Part shown: positions 1 through 9,973 of the stretch, piece after piece
How the letters are laid out: the number at the start of each line of letters is the position of its first letter
How positions within the stretch are numbered: position 1 is the first letter of the stretch
Source: Amoeboradix gromovi X-113
Lineage: Eukaryota > Fungi > Sanchytriomycota
Length of the DNA: 12,805 nt
Assembly: GCA_018985225.1 (NCBI GenBank)
Contig: JADGIF010000251.1
Span: forward strand, 1-12,805
Reading direction: 5' to 3'
The notes under the pieces: model-generated
Seen by the model: only the letters and a program-made list of their open reading frames with translations
The model's database searches: none
Told to the model about the DNA's origin: nothing
Position numbers and translations under genes: made by a program

Positions 1-271
1 TTGAAATTTCGATACAAAAAGTTGTTTATTTTCCTTTTATACTCGTCAACTCCGCAACTAGCTGAATGTCCACTCGCCTCTTAAACCCATAAAATTAATA
101 AAGCTGAAATAATGTTCCAAGTTGTTACTGAAAGTTAGTCCAGTTTTTATATTTGATGTCCCACATGCTTGTTTAAGAACTATTTAAGCTATAACATGTA
201 ATTTAGATTAAACTTAATAAATAAATTTCTAGCATTGCATATCGCGATTAGTTATCAATTTAGTAGAATAG

Positions 272-499
272 CCATTTTCAGTATGTCATGAATCTTGCTG
301 CTTCAAAAGTCCTTACTGTAATTCTCAAATTGGATCAGAAGGGTGCGAGGTTCGTCATATTTATGAAGAATGTCTTCATATCATTGCGTTGCAGCCAGAA
401 TATGAGATACATGAAGACATCAAAGACATATTTCCCACACTTTGGGAAATGCTTGAAAAAATCACATTATCATGCAGAGAAGGGACGATAAGTAAATGA
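272..499 (+). pseudogene. ATG-less 75-codon open frame; possible gene relic or terminal exon
   Basis: Translates PFSVCHESCCFKSPYCNSQIGSEGCEVRHIYEECLHIIALQPEYEIHEDIKDIFPTLWEMLEKITLSCREGTISK*, more protein-like than the overlapping 288-491 ORF. Begins directly after a TAG. Confidence 0.3.
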
Positions 500-622
500 A
501 TATAGTAAATGCATTACTAATTCAAATTGTACAGAGATGTGGAATTTCAAAGAAATCTAGTTTAAAATAAATGCAACCGAAGAAGATATCATTTACTTCT
601 AGATAGAGACTGTGGCTGTCAT

Positions 623-880
623 TTACAGATCCTTTCAGACTATTTCAGTAAAGCTTGAGCACTCAGTTGTGTAAGTACTGTTTAGCATTGCTTGGTATTC
701 TACTTTTGTATCTTCGCATCAATTAGGTCCAACGAATGGTTCAAATTCTGCTTTTTGAATGTCCCACAGTTCTGAAATGTTTCTTAAATCGCAGTTAACC
801 AACAGTACATACTGCTCACATTTAGTCATCAGGTACTATGTCGGGATATTCTTTCTTTCTTGAAGGTGTAATACTTTCAC
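623..880 (-). pseudogene. Possible decayed coding fragment
   Basis: One frame reads VKVLHLQERKNIPT*YLMTKCEQYVLLVNCDLRNISELWDIQKAEFEPFVGPN*CEDTKVEYQAMLNSTYTTECSSFTEIV*KDL*. No family recognised. Confidence 0.2.
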
Positions 881-1578
881 TTAAAGCTGTTAAACTCTGT
901 CAAATCTATTTCATAACTGGTATGCAACAGCAATGTAATTTAATTATCGTTACCATGTACATTTCCAGAGAGTTATCCTTTTTTGAATAGAGTTTTAACA
1001 AAAAATGATTTATTGTGCGGATACTTTATATCAATCAAACCTTAGAGGTACCCAGATTATTCCAATAAAGAAACTGCTATACGTGCGTTATAGTGCTTGA
1101 TCGCGCTTCCACTTCCATGAGACTGGATTGAAACAAGGATGCCTATGAACCTATGTCCATGAACACCGCATAGTATGTCTACTTTCAAATTACAGCTTGT
1201 GCATGTAGGGCATAAAGACGCTTGAGTTAAATGAGAACATCTGAAATAAATTAGGGTTCACATTTCCTAAGTGTTGAAAGCTTGGGTAGATGCCATTTGG
1301 AAATATTTCATATTCAGCAATGAGTTCGGAGTTGCCAAAACAGCACTAAGGTAGCAATACTATTGAATACATAAAATATCGTAAATGGTGTTTTATTACG
1401 CATGACAGACTAATTTGGCAAGCAAAGAGCCTTAACAAGCTTACTATGAGAAAACCTCTCACGGATTATCTCCTACTGCAGGCTGGGGTCACATTCCAAA
1501 AGTTCTAGCATTTGATTGAGCGACAATTGCGAATGGTTACAAGGGAGCATATAAGTGGCACACGCCGAACATAAAGAC

Positions 1579-2262
1579 ATGCTCTTTTTATATTCTTCTC
1601 TGGTTTCTGCTGTTCCGCGTCTTAATCCAGCATTCCAACTAAAAGGTTTACCACAACTAGGTGTTCCAAGATCCTCGGATCTACTGACTTTCACTGGACT
1701 TAATAGAAAGCCTAGAACACCTAGTATTGTAGCTCATGCATTTGGTGATGGTAAAAAGGCCAGAAAACCTATTTTGTTGAATGTCCTCGGTGACTCAAGA
1801 GCTGAGGAGAAGAAAGCTTATGCTTCACTCATTATTCTGCTATTAGATGTTGAAAAGGAAGAGGCAGAGCGTCTAGTCGATACAAAAGAATTTCAGGATA
1901 AAATCGAAGGTTGGAAAACTAGTTTTGGTCCTGCTAAGCTCGAGAACATAGAATCAATAGATTGGGTGTCTTATCAGCAGTTTTCAAATGGTATACCTGA
2001 TGACGATTTTATTGAAAGAAAAGAAATTTGTGTTCAAATTATTGATGCGGTTCAAGAGTTGGGCCAGAAACTCCAAAATGTCGCAGATGCTGCTAAGAAA
2101 TGTGTGGAACTTATACGCTTGCTACCAGAAGATATAAAAAAGTTTTTTCGCCGCTATAAAGACCTTGAAAACAGCAATAGGGTTCATCAAGCAGACCCTG
2201 CATTGTTGAAATATATAAAAGGAGATTGCGAACAATTATTAGATGAATGTAGAAGTAAATAA
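1579..2262 (+). CDS. Hypothetical protein, 227 aa, probably helical, with a possible very short signal peptide (MLFLYSSLVSA|VP)
   Basis: Long open frame. The ORF track starts at GTG 1555, but the first in-frame ATG is 1579-1581, the expected eukaryotic start. Ends TAA 2260-2262. Hydrophobic N-terminus ending V-S-A, then a K/E/D/L-rich body. No family recognised. Confidence 0.7.
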   Translation: MLFLYSSLVSAVPRLNPAFQLKGLPQLGVPRSSDLLTFTGLNRKPRTPSIVAHAFGDGKKARKPILLNVLGDSRAEEKKAYASLIILLLDVEKEEAERLVDTKEFQDKIEGWKTSFGPAKLENIESIDWVSYQQFSNGIPDDDFIERKEICVQIIDAVQELGQKLQNVADAAKKCVELIRLLPEDIKKFFRRYKDLENSNRVHQADPALLKYIKGDCEQLLDECRSK

Positions 2263-2630
2263 GATTTCTTAATTAACATTATTTAATACTTAGCCTATGT
2301 CCAAGAATGTAAATATAAAGTCCCACTACAAATACTAATCGTTTAGTTAGTACATAATGTAAGAAAACCATGAAATGCTTGCATAAATGCTTAAACACTT
2401 TCATCTTCTAAAGCCATTAATGTTGCTACTTTTGAAAATCAACTATGTATAGTTCTTTTATGATAATGCAACGGAATATCCTCGATATCGCAACTACTGG
2501 ATCCAGCCAAGTTAATAGTTCTAGTTCTCTTTGTATCCACATCCGCAGTATTTTCAGTTAGAGTTCTTTTCAACCCTTTCATCCGTGTAACAATGAAAGA
2601 TCAAGTTAAAAATGAGGTGTATAATCATCG

Positions 2631-2636
2631 TTTATT
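2631..2636 (-). terminator. Putative polyadenylation signal AATAAA of the chitin synthase
   Basis: TTTATT on the + strand, 8 nt downstream of the TAA stop at 2647-2645. Confidence 0.45.
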
Positions 2637-2644
2637 AATATATG

Positions 2645-5600
2645 TTATAAGTCATTCTCCTTTAATATCTTTGCTATACAGTTGTTTATATACTCTTTTT
2701 TATGACTCATCTCCATTCCATATAATACACTCAACTCTATTCTTATCTCTTTCTTATTCACAATTCCTCGTTGCATGATCCGCTGAATCTCCATGTATAT
2801 CTCGTAGTCTCCCACTATTTCATGCTCTTCTTGCTCGTGTATATATGTTTTTCTCTGTTTTATCCCCTTGCTCTTAACCGAGCTGGTGTCCATGCTGTAT
2901 TCGTAAACCTCTAGACAGTGCTGTTTCCATGTCTTCAAAGGTATCTCGTTCTCATCATATTCTAAATCGCTCATCATCTGTTTATTCTCACCTACAACTC
3001 CTCTTGTACTTCCCCAACTAAAATCATCCATGTTCCAAAACGCATACACTGGCAGCACAAATCCGAATATTGGCATTGCTAGTATGTATATTATCATCCA
3101 CCCAATGTGCTGGAATTCTCTCTTTATTAGAAATATTATCATTTGCATCCCGTATACTGCCAACAGCAAATACAGTGCAATAACAGGTATCTGTCTGTCT
3201 GGCACATTAGTAATGTACTCATAACTAATCTTTATAATCAGATACATAATGTAGACTATACCGGCCGGTTGCACGATAGTTGCAAACAAATCAATAAATA
3301 CTACAAATCTCATACTAAAACAGCAAAACCCGCACATTTGATCTACCCATAGCAGCTCCATAAGGTTGTGCACTGTGCTATTGATCCATCTACGTCGCTG
3401 ACTTAGTAACACGCTGTATTGATCTGGTGCTATGGTTAAACATATGGCTCGTGGATTGAACGCCATTTTGTGGTACGGAAATTCGCTCAACATCAACTAC
3501 ATTAACAAAAAGAGTACTGTCGTCAGATATCTGTCTTCTCCCAATGACAGCAAATTCTTTTTATGCAGTGTATCCACTTGGCAATCACCGTATGACTTTA
3601 TTATGTTGTTGTTAACTAGATAAGCAGTGCTTATAGTGCCGTTACTTTGGCTAGCCTGTACGTTGCTCTGATTGCTCCTTATGCGATACATACAAAAACA
3701 TCCAGGCAAACAAGTCACACTCCCAAACATGTGCTCAAATGCTTTGCTTAAATGATGACTTATGTAGTACTCATAAACCTGGATCATTGTAGCCAAGGAA
3801 TCATTCTCATTAGCCAGCTTGGTTTCACCACAAATACCGATGACTTTTGTATCTAAAGTCATGCTACTCACTAAGTGGCTTAGGGAGTTCTCTGTTAATT
3901 TGGTATCCGCATCCACCATTAATAGCAAATCATAATTGTTTGGATCGATTCCAATGATGTTAATACAATGATGGTACAGCTCTAGTTCTAGTGGACTCAT
4001 TGGAGTGTTGTAAAGTACTTTATTGAGCCACCTCATCAATATCATTTGCGAGTCTCTCTTACCTCTATTGCCAGGTTTAATACGTTCTGTAGACTGGCCT
4101 ACTTTAATAACTACTATAAATGGCACTAAATGACCTTCTAACTCGTATAATCCACTGTACACCTTGGCCTTGTTATGCTGCTTGTTATCCGATCTACTCT
4201 CTCCAATACTGACAAATGATAAGGGTACTGCTGCTACTGCAGTTGTGCCTACAGTGCTACCACCTATTGAGCTATTGATGACACTGCCAGTGTTGTTGTT
4301 CATGTTGGAGTCTTCCACATCTACTCCCAGTATATCCAAGACAATATCACCCGTGCATTTGTCGTTTCCACTGCCCATAACCATTCCATCAACTACAATA
4401 AACATCAATTTGTATGAATCGTTGTAATCTAGAAGCGCGATACTATCGATAGTCTTTTTAATGCTGTCCAAGGATTCAGTGTAGCATGGTACTTGAATTA
4501 TGCAGTACTTGTTCAAGTCTACAGGATTGCTCTGTCCTATAGACTTTAAAGCACTGATGAATTTCACGAATATAAGCAAAACCATAAATGCACTGGTACT
4601 GAGTAACAGGTAGTTACTTAATTGGCATTTGAAAGAATTAGACTCATCGACTACACCTGCATAGAACAGTTGCATACAAGACTTGAGATCTGCATTAGTC
4701 ATCGCCTTGATAATAGCAGCATCGGTAACTACAGTACCGACATTGTTTATCAACTTGCTGGTTAATCCACTCATAAAATCATCCAAAAACAAGAAATCTT
4801 TGCTATTGGCATTGTTGACTAGACCTGATAAATCATAAACTGCATTGTTTATAGCCACGACACTTCGCGGTGAATCCTTGTCTTTACTGATCTCCATCAA
4901 TCTATCTGGTTGCCACGACAACATTCTGGTTATTGGCGTTTTAGAAATAAATGAGTTTAACTTGGTCATATCAGTCCATCTGTTATGGCTACTTGCAAAC
5001 AGCGTGCTGTTAGCATCCAAAATGGTAGGATTCAATGATAAAGATATACCCTTCTTAGCATTGCTACAATAATCATTGGGTCGTTTTATTGGCAAAAGAC
5101 TCAATGAAATGTCTTTACCTCCATAATCATCTATTATTGAATAAGATCTACTGCTATGCTGTACATTCAATGACATGATACTTTTCAGTGGATATATTCT
5201 ACCATTTATTGCAAATAATGCATCATCCAGACCCCTACGGGTACTAAGTTCATATAAATTATAGGTTTTGTTTATAGGGCATACCAACGGACCAAGAAAT
5301 ATAATTACAAACAGCATCAGCACGCTAATAATCAGTATTATTATATTTAAAGCCACCTTTTCTCGAAAAGCCATTCTAACGTCTGCGTTCTTTTTGATTT
5401 TACTTAAAATGTAATTTGGCATGCAGCAGGTCAAAAGTTTTACAGTAAACACCCATCTCTTTCGTGTTGGGGTTTTTGCTATTTCAGCACTTTTACTGGT
5501 CGTCTTGCTCGGAGATGCAGTAGTTACCACATCATCCATTTCATATACCGTGTTGTTGTCCATATTACTCACTGTGTCAGTGGTATCCGCGATGCTGGCA

Positions 5601-7519
5601 TCATCAAAAACGCTGTTACTGCTTCTAGTGATAGAATGCTGTCTGAATCTGTACATGTTCATATAAACCTGATCTACGCCAATGATAATGCCCTCGCTTG
5701 AAATCACACCACTATCAGGATTTTTGTAGCTGTCTAGAGTATTTATAGCATTCAAGTCAACATCCGACTTATCAACTACATATTCGCATATACTACTAGG
5801 AAGTAAGTGCAGTGATAATGATGATAAATGATCTGTTTGAAATAATGCCCAGTGTTTGCAGTTGAGTGATGGGGATTTATTGAATTTGGATATTCTTGTT
5901 GATGTGCTTTTTGTATTTGCAATTAAAATGTTCATGTTAGTATTCAAATGCTTTAAAGACTTGCTGCTACAGAGTACATGTAAAATACCATTCAATGAAG
6001 CATTAAATTCAGCGCTACCAACGCATAAGGCGATTAAATCTGAACTTATAGTAGTAATGTTGTCATTCATCATATTGCTACAGTCATAATATACATTGCC
6101 GTTGTAGTGTATCAAACCAAAAGATTTGGATGAGGATGCGGAGCAGTAAAATGGATTGTTCTTGAACTTATTAGTCAGTTGAGCATGTAATGAACCATAA
6201 TTCGAAAGTGCATTAGGGTTATTCGCATGCTTGTTAGATTCAGATTGTATGATCGATAAGGTAGATGAACACACATTAATAGCTAACTGGTCAAAAGACG
6301 GGACACTTACAGTTGTTTTGCTGCTAAGAATATTCAATGGGTCTATTACAGCCTTGTTGAAAAATGTATGTAAACTAGATTCGTAATTAGTATTACATAG
6401 AAGGGAAAACAACTCATGAGATTTTTCCTTGGATTTTATTTGCAACGGGCACAAAACCCATATGGAGTTGGCTAATTCCATTGTAGATTGTTTCTTGTTG
6501 ATGTACTCAATGAGCCAAGCAAACAACAAAGAATAAAGTTGTTTAATAATTAGATCACGCTGTTGAATAGATTGTTTGACATTCAAAAGCTGAGTACACG
6601 CCGTATTGTTGACAATTGTGGTAGATATTGTCAACGAAGCCTCGATAGATTTCAGGTCAACTTGTAAAAGACCGCTACAAATAGCCAAAACAGATTCATT
6701 AGCGATGACAGTTTGAGAAGAATGGGGGGTTGCGGAAGTAGTGAAATCGATGTTGGATAAATGCAGCAACGCAGCAATTATTTGCCAAAACAAAGAAATC
6801 ATATCAGCCGAGAAACCAATGGATTCAAAAGCATTATTATACAGCGTATAGTTGGATTCGTCCAATTCGTTAGGACCCCCATTTAATAGCCTAAAGTTTT
6901 CATGATTTAAGTGATATTTTGTTTTTAAATCGCCTGGACAACCCGCTAGTAACGCGTAGAAGATATTAAAATTGCGTAGGCTATGGTTTATTACCCGAGC
7001 ATCATCAAATGGACCAGGCTGCAAAAATGTACCTATCCATTTACCAGTATTGCTGAATTGAAATTGAGTGTTAAAGCTAAATTTGTAATCAGCGTTAATC
7101 GAACTCATAGCTTGGATTAGAGTTACAGAGGATTGAGATTTACTCATCAGCTTTCTGGTTCTGTTACTAGATCCAGAAAGCACATGCAAATAGCTACTAA
7201 TGTGGTACAGATGGTTAACTTTGAGATCGTTGCCAAATAAATGAAGGCATTGGTCTTTGGAAGTGCGGCGCATTGATAGATACATATCATTCAATAGTTT
7301 AAATAAATGCGGATCATCAATAAAGCTGGCCGAGTCTTTGTAAGACTTATAATACAAACCAGCTAAATGTGAATCGAATTCATTGATGGGAGTAATTATG
7401 TCTAGTGCCGAAATATAAATGCTATCTGATATTTGAGTGAATGATATATCTTTTTTAATGCAATTTTGAAGATGGGATTCAAATTCCTGCTTATTTTTGA
7501 ATTTTAGCGGTCCACTCAT
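2645..7519 (-). CDS. CHS: Myosin-motor-domain chitin synthase (class V/VII-like), ~1617 aa; exons 7519-3518 and 3496-2645
   Basis: Myosin-like motifs (PHLF, RNFNIFYALLAG, AALLHLSNIDF, LYSLLFAWLIEYIN, FGLIHYNGNVYY); AFREKVAL plus TM segment; two cytochrome-b5-like segments (AINGRIY, AINNAVYDL); GT2 motifs VPCYTE, KPGNRGKRDSQ, LMVDADT, VTCLPGCFCMYR, LGEDRYLTT, QRRRW, WNMDDFSWG; C-terminal DEK-C-like tail. The 1340-aa and 283-aa ORFs are in the same frame and are joined by removing a 21-nt GT-AG intron. Confidence 0.97.
3497..3517 (-). other. 21-nt spliceosomal intron (phase 0) in the chitin synthase gene
   Basis: Minus strand reads ACG ACA|GTACTCTTTTTGTTAATGTAG|TTG ATG TTG AGC GAA TTT CCG. Removal gives LGEDRYLTT-LMLSEFP, matching the family pattern LGEDRYLTTL(M/L)LKxFP with no gap, and removes the in-frame TAG. 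Confidence 0.93.
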
Positions 7520-8095
7520 TTTTGGAAATGAAAGAAAAATGAAACTTACGTCGTTTATGAACTAAGACGTGTCACGATATGAATTGGGGTTTCCGAAGTT
7601 AATCAGAGTCTAAAACGAGCTGCGTGTGAGATCTACTATTAAAGACGTCTCTAGCCTTGCATAGAAGTTTCAGTCAACTTATTATATGGGTATCATTATG
7701 AATCTTTGCTTCAATCCTATCTATACCATTCAGGTTTCTCAAAATGCTGCAATATTTTTTGCATCTTGCTTTGTTATTGTATTTGCATCCGAATTGTTAT
7801 CATACGGCTATTGAGCTGAGTTAGAAATCAATTCTTTTGGAAAGCAGGCCTTGAAAGCAATTCGCATTCCAGTAAAGCGTTTTATATTACTTGGAAAACA
7901 GTTTATTAGATGGTGCTGTGTGTCAAGTCATGTTGTAATTGTTGAAGAGAACTTTAGAAGCTAGAGAAATCAACTTGGTAACAATATTTGGCAGAAGAAT
8001 ATGCCTTATTAAGCATGTCAACAAGAACGTTTCGTACCGCCAACAACTACATAGGCCCGAATATCAGAAACATCGAGTTACCGGAGCTTGCCTAA

Positions 8096-9973
8096 CTAAG
8101 ATTTCTCTTTAACATCATTTTTTGAATTACTGTACTCCTTCAACTCTTCTGCGTATTCAGGTCTTAATTTATATATATCCCGCTGACTGAGATTACTTAT
8201 CTTATTCCACTTGCTATCAAATTCTAGGTTGCGTGTCATTATATCCATGACTGCCAACACAAATACTCCGCAACTTACACCATCTTTCTGAGCATTCAAC
8301 GATAAACTTTCGAAATTAATTTTAAAATTTTGAAGTTTATAGTGAAAGAACCTCTCTATACTAGTTTTCAACTTATTCGTAGCAGGTCCATAATAGAAGT
8401 CAATATAATAGACAGTCACAGCATCCGAATGTTTTACTGCAACCACAGTAACCCAATGATTATTTTCTAAAAACATGGGAATGACAAATGGAAAGCTTTC
8501 GCCATCCCAATCATCGTAAGCAAGTAATATTGCATCTATATTACTCTGAAAATGCTGAGGGGTAGTTTGCCCTGATAGAGCAGTCCCAAAAAAGACTGAG
8601 CTAACTTGACCCAGCCTTTGTCCAGAATCTGTTTTCGCAGAATACATTTTAGCGAAAGAATCCAAAACACAGCTATCAACAAGCTTACTAAGATCCTTAA
8701 ACTCGGCAATATTCTTCTCCATTAAACAAAAATCCGTATCACGATCTCTCAGCCTTCTAATTTGTTCCGCTTCCGCGATAATTGATTGCGAGTAAGTTTC
8801 ACGATTGCAGCCAGAGTCTGTAGTACTTTCGCAAACATCATCTATTCCGGATTTCCGAGGAACGCCACTGAACATACGTATATTTGGATCCACATTCAAG
8901 GATTCAATTAAACTCTTGTAAAAAGCGTCAATCTGTTGTATTGAAGTCGATTGCATCTCAATTAACAAAGATTCAAGTCTATAATTCTGAAGCTCAGAAA
9001 TAAAATAAAGGTACAACAAACTGCCTTTGAAAGAAGATTCCGACCCGCTATAAAGTATTTTACTTTTCGTGATGGAGACTTTTCCAAAGTCTAATTTCAG
9101 CATATTACGAACTCTAAATGAATATGAAAAGTCATTCAAGTAACTATCAATCATACTGTTTTGATAACCTGAATTATCACCACCTACAAAGAGTACATCA
9201 ATCTTTTTAAAGCTGCTTACAACAACTGTCGCAAAAGTCTTTTCTGAAAGAATATTAGATATCTCAATTCTAAAAATTAAGGGAAATGTTTTATAATCCC
9301 ATTCAGGTTGATTACGCGGATACCGAGCATCAATGAGATCATTAGTCAAGGGAATGTAAGCATATCTTGCTGCTCCCGTACGGTAATAATACCATTTCAA
9401 AAATGAGAGACTTGGCAATGGTTCATTACCTGAAATAAACATCTTGTCTTTAGAGAAATCAGGATTAAAACAAGGTTCCAAGTACTCAAAATAATAATCT
9501 ATTGCATCGTGAATATAATTAAGTACTTTACTTCTATTGTCTATAGACAGAGCAAAAGAAATAATCCAGGAGAAAAGGTTTTTGAACTCAGGAATATTCA
9601 CTGAAATAATAAAAGAGTCTTCAAACGCGGTTTTCAAGGCAAGTTCCAAATCTTGTGATACATATATGTCATTCACATAACATATAGTATCTAGTTTATC
9701 TGAACTTCTATTTTTTTGAATAGAGACTACTACTTGATAGTGACTGTCTAGTGAGCTTTCTTCCGCAAGTTCTCTCTTGAAGTAGAATGGAATAACTAGC
9801 TGGGTCCCAGCTTCCACTTTGTAATTCCGACGAGCAAGTTGATTAAGAGCTATTATTTCCGGATATAATAACAAAGTATTCCTACTTTCTTTTGGAATTT
9901 TCTGGTAAGCGTAAGACATGTTCTCTTCTGTAATAAACTCGCACAATGCCATCAGGGCAATCATAAGAATCAT
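8096..9973 (-). CDS. 625-aa protein with C-terminal Ulp1/peptidase C48-like (clan CE) cysteine protease domain and possible signal peptide
   Basis: FVIPMFLENNHWVTVV (His506), VYYID (Asp525), AQKDGVSCGVFV (Gln562, Cys568), SQRDIYKLR, in the order and spacing typical of Ulp1/SENP-type proteases. N-terminus MILMIALMALC is hydrophobic. Confidence 0.88.
   Translation of the reverse strand: MILMIALMALCEFITEENMSYAYQKIPKESRNTLLLYPEIIALNQLARRNYKVEAGTQLVIPFYFKRELAEESSLDSHYQVVVSIQKNRSSDKLDTICYVNDIYVSQDLELALKTAFEDSFIISVNIPEFKNLFSWIISFALSIDNRSKVLNYIHDAIDYYFEYLEPCFNPDFSKDKMFISGNEPLPSLSFLKWYYYRTGAARYAYIPLTNDLIDARYPRNQPEWDYKTFPLIFRIEISNILSEKTFATVVVSSFKKIDVLFVGGDNSGYQNSMIDSYLNDFSYSFRVRNMLKLDFGKVSITKSKILYSGSESSFKGSLLYLYFISELQNYRLESLLIEMQSTSIQQIDAFYKSLIESLNVDPNIRMFSGVPRKSGIDDVCESTTDSGCNRETYSQSIIAEAEQIRRLRDRDTDFCLMEKNIAEFKDLSKLVDSCVLDSFAKMYSAKTDSGQRLGQVSSVFFGTALSGQTTPQHFQSNIDAILLAYDDWDGESFPFVIPMFLENNHWVTVVAVKHSDAVTVYYIDFYYGPATNKLKTSIERFFHYKLQNFKINFESLSLNAQKDGVSCGVFVLAVMDIMTRNLEFDSKWNKISNLSQRDIYKLRPEYAEELKEYSNSKNDVKEKS

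Noticed and set aside
1101-1148. ETGLKQGCL resembling the non-LTR reverse transcriptase motif GxxQGCPLSP
   Set aside because: Flanked by stops, with no PLSP and no YADD-like motif seen downstream.
1173-1195. 23-nt GTATGT...TACAG intron-like segment
   Set aside because: Removal did not yield a long open frame in the frames I checked, and it lacks the branch motif.
2439-2582. 47-aa minus-strand ORF MKGLKRTLTENTADVDTKRTRT...
   Set aside because: Too short and without a recognisable family; the frame continues through stops, so at most a relic.
2645-3496. 283-aa ORF as a separate gene
   Set aside because: It starts at TTG and is the QRRRW/TM/DEK-C part of the chitin synthase, i.e. exon 2.
3497-3499. 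Stop-codon reassignment (TAR=Gln, as in Amoeboaphelidium protococcarum) or readthrough at the in-frame TAG
   Set aside because: Readthrough would leave a 7-residue insertion in a conserved motif. There is no other TAA/TAG in about 1600 codons, and Ran ends at TAA right after its canonical DDDDL tail.
4264-4284. In-frame 21-nt GT..AG (GTGTCATCAATAGCTCAATAG, minus strand) within the low-complexity insertion of the CHS catalytic domain
   Set aside because: GTG donor, no YTAAY branch motif, no stop, and an internal TCAATAG duplication pointing to slippage in a coding loop. RNA-seq would settle it.
2593-6089. Short + strand ORFs (2593, 3030, 3143, 3432, 4164, 4845, 5421, 5856), and likewise the - strand ORFs at 1473, 10031, 10102, 10266
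   Set aside because: Antisense shadows of longer, better supported genes.
7640-8070. Minus-strand Gln-rich frame with many TAA/TAG suggesting an alternative code
   Set aside because: It also contains TGA stops, and the neighbouring genes use the standard code.
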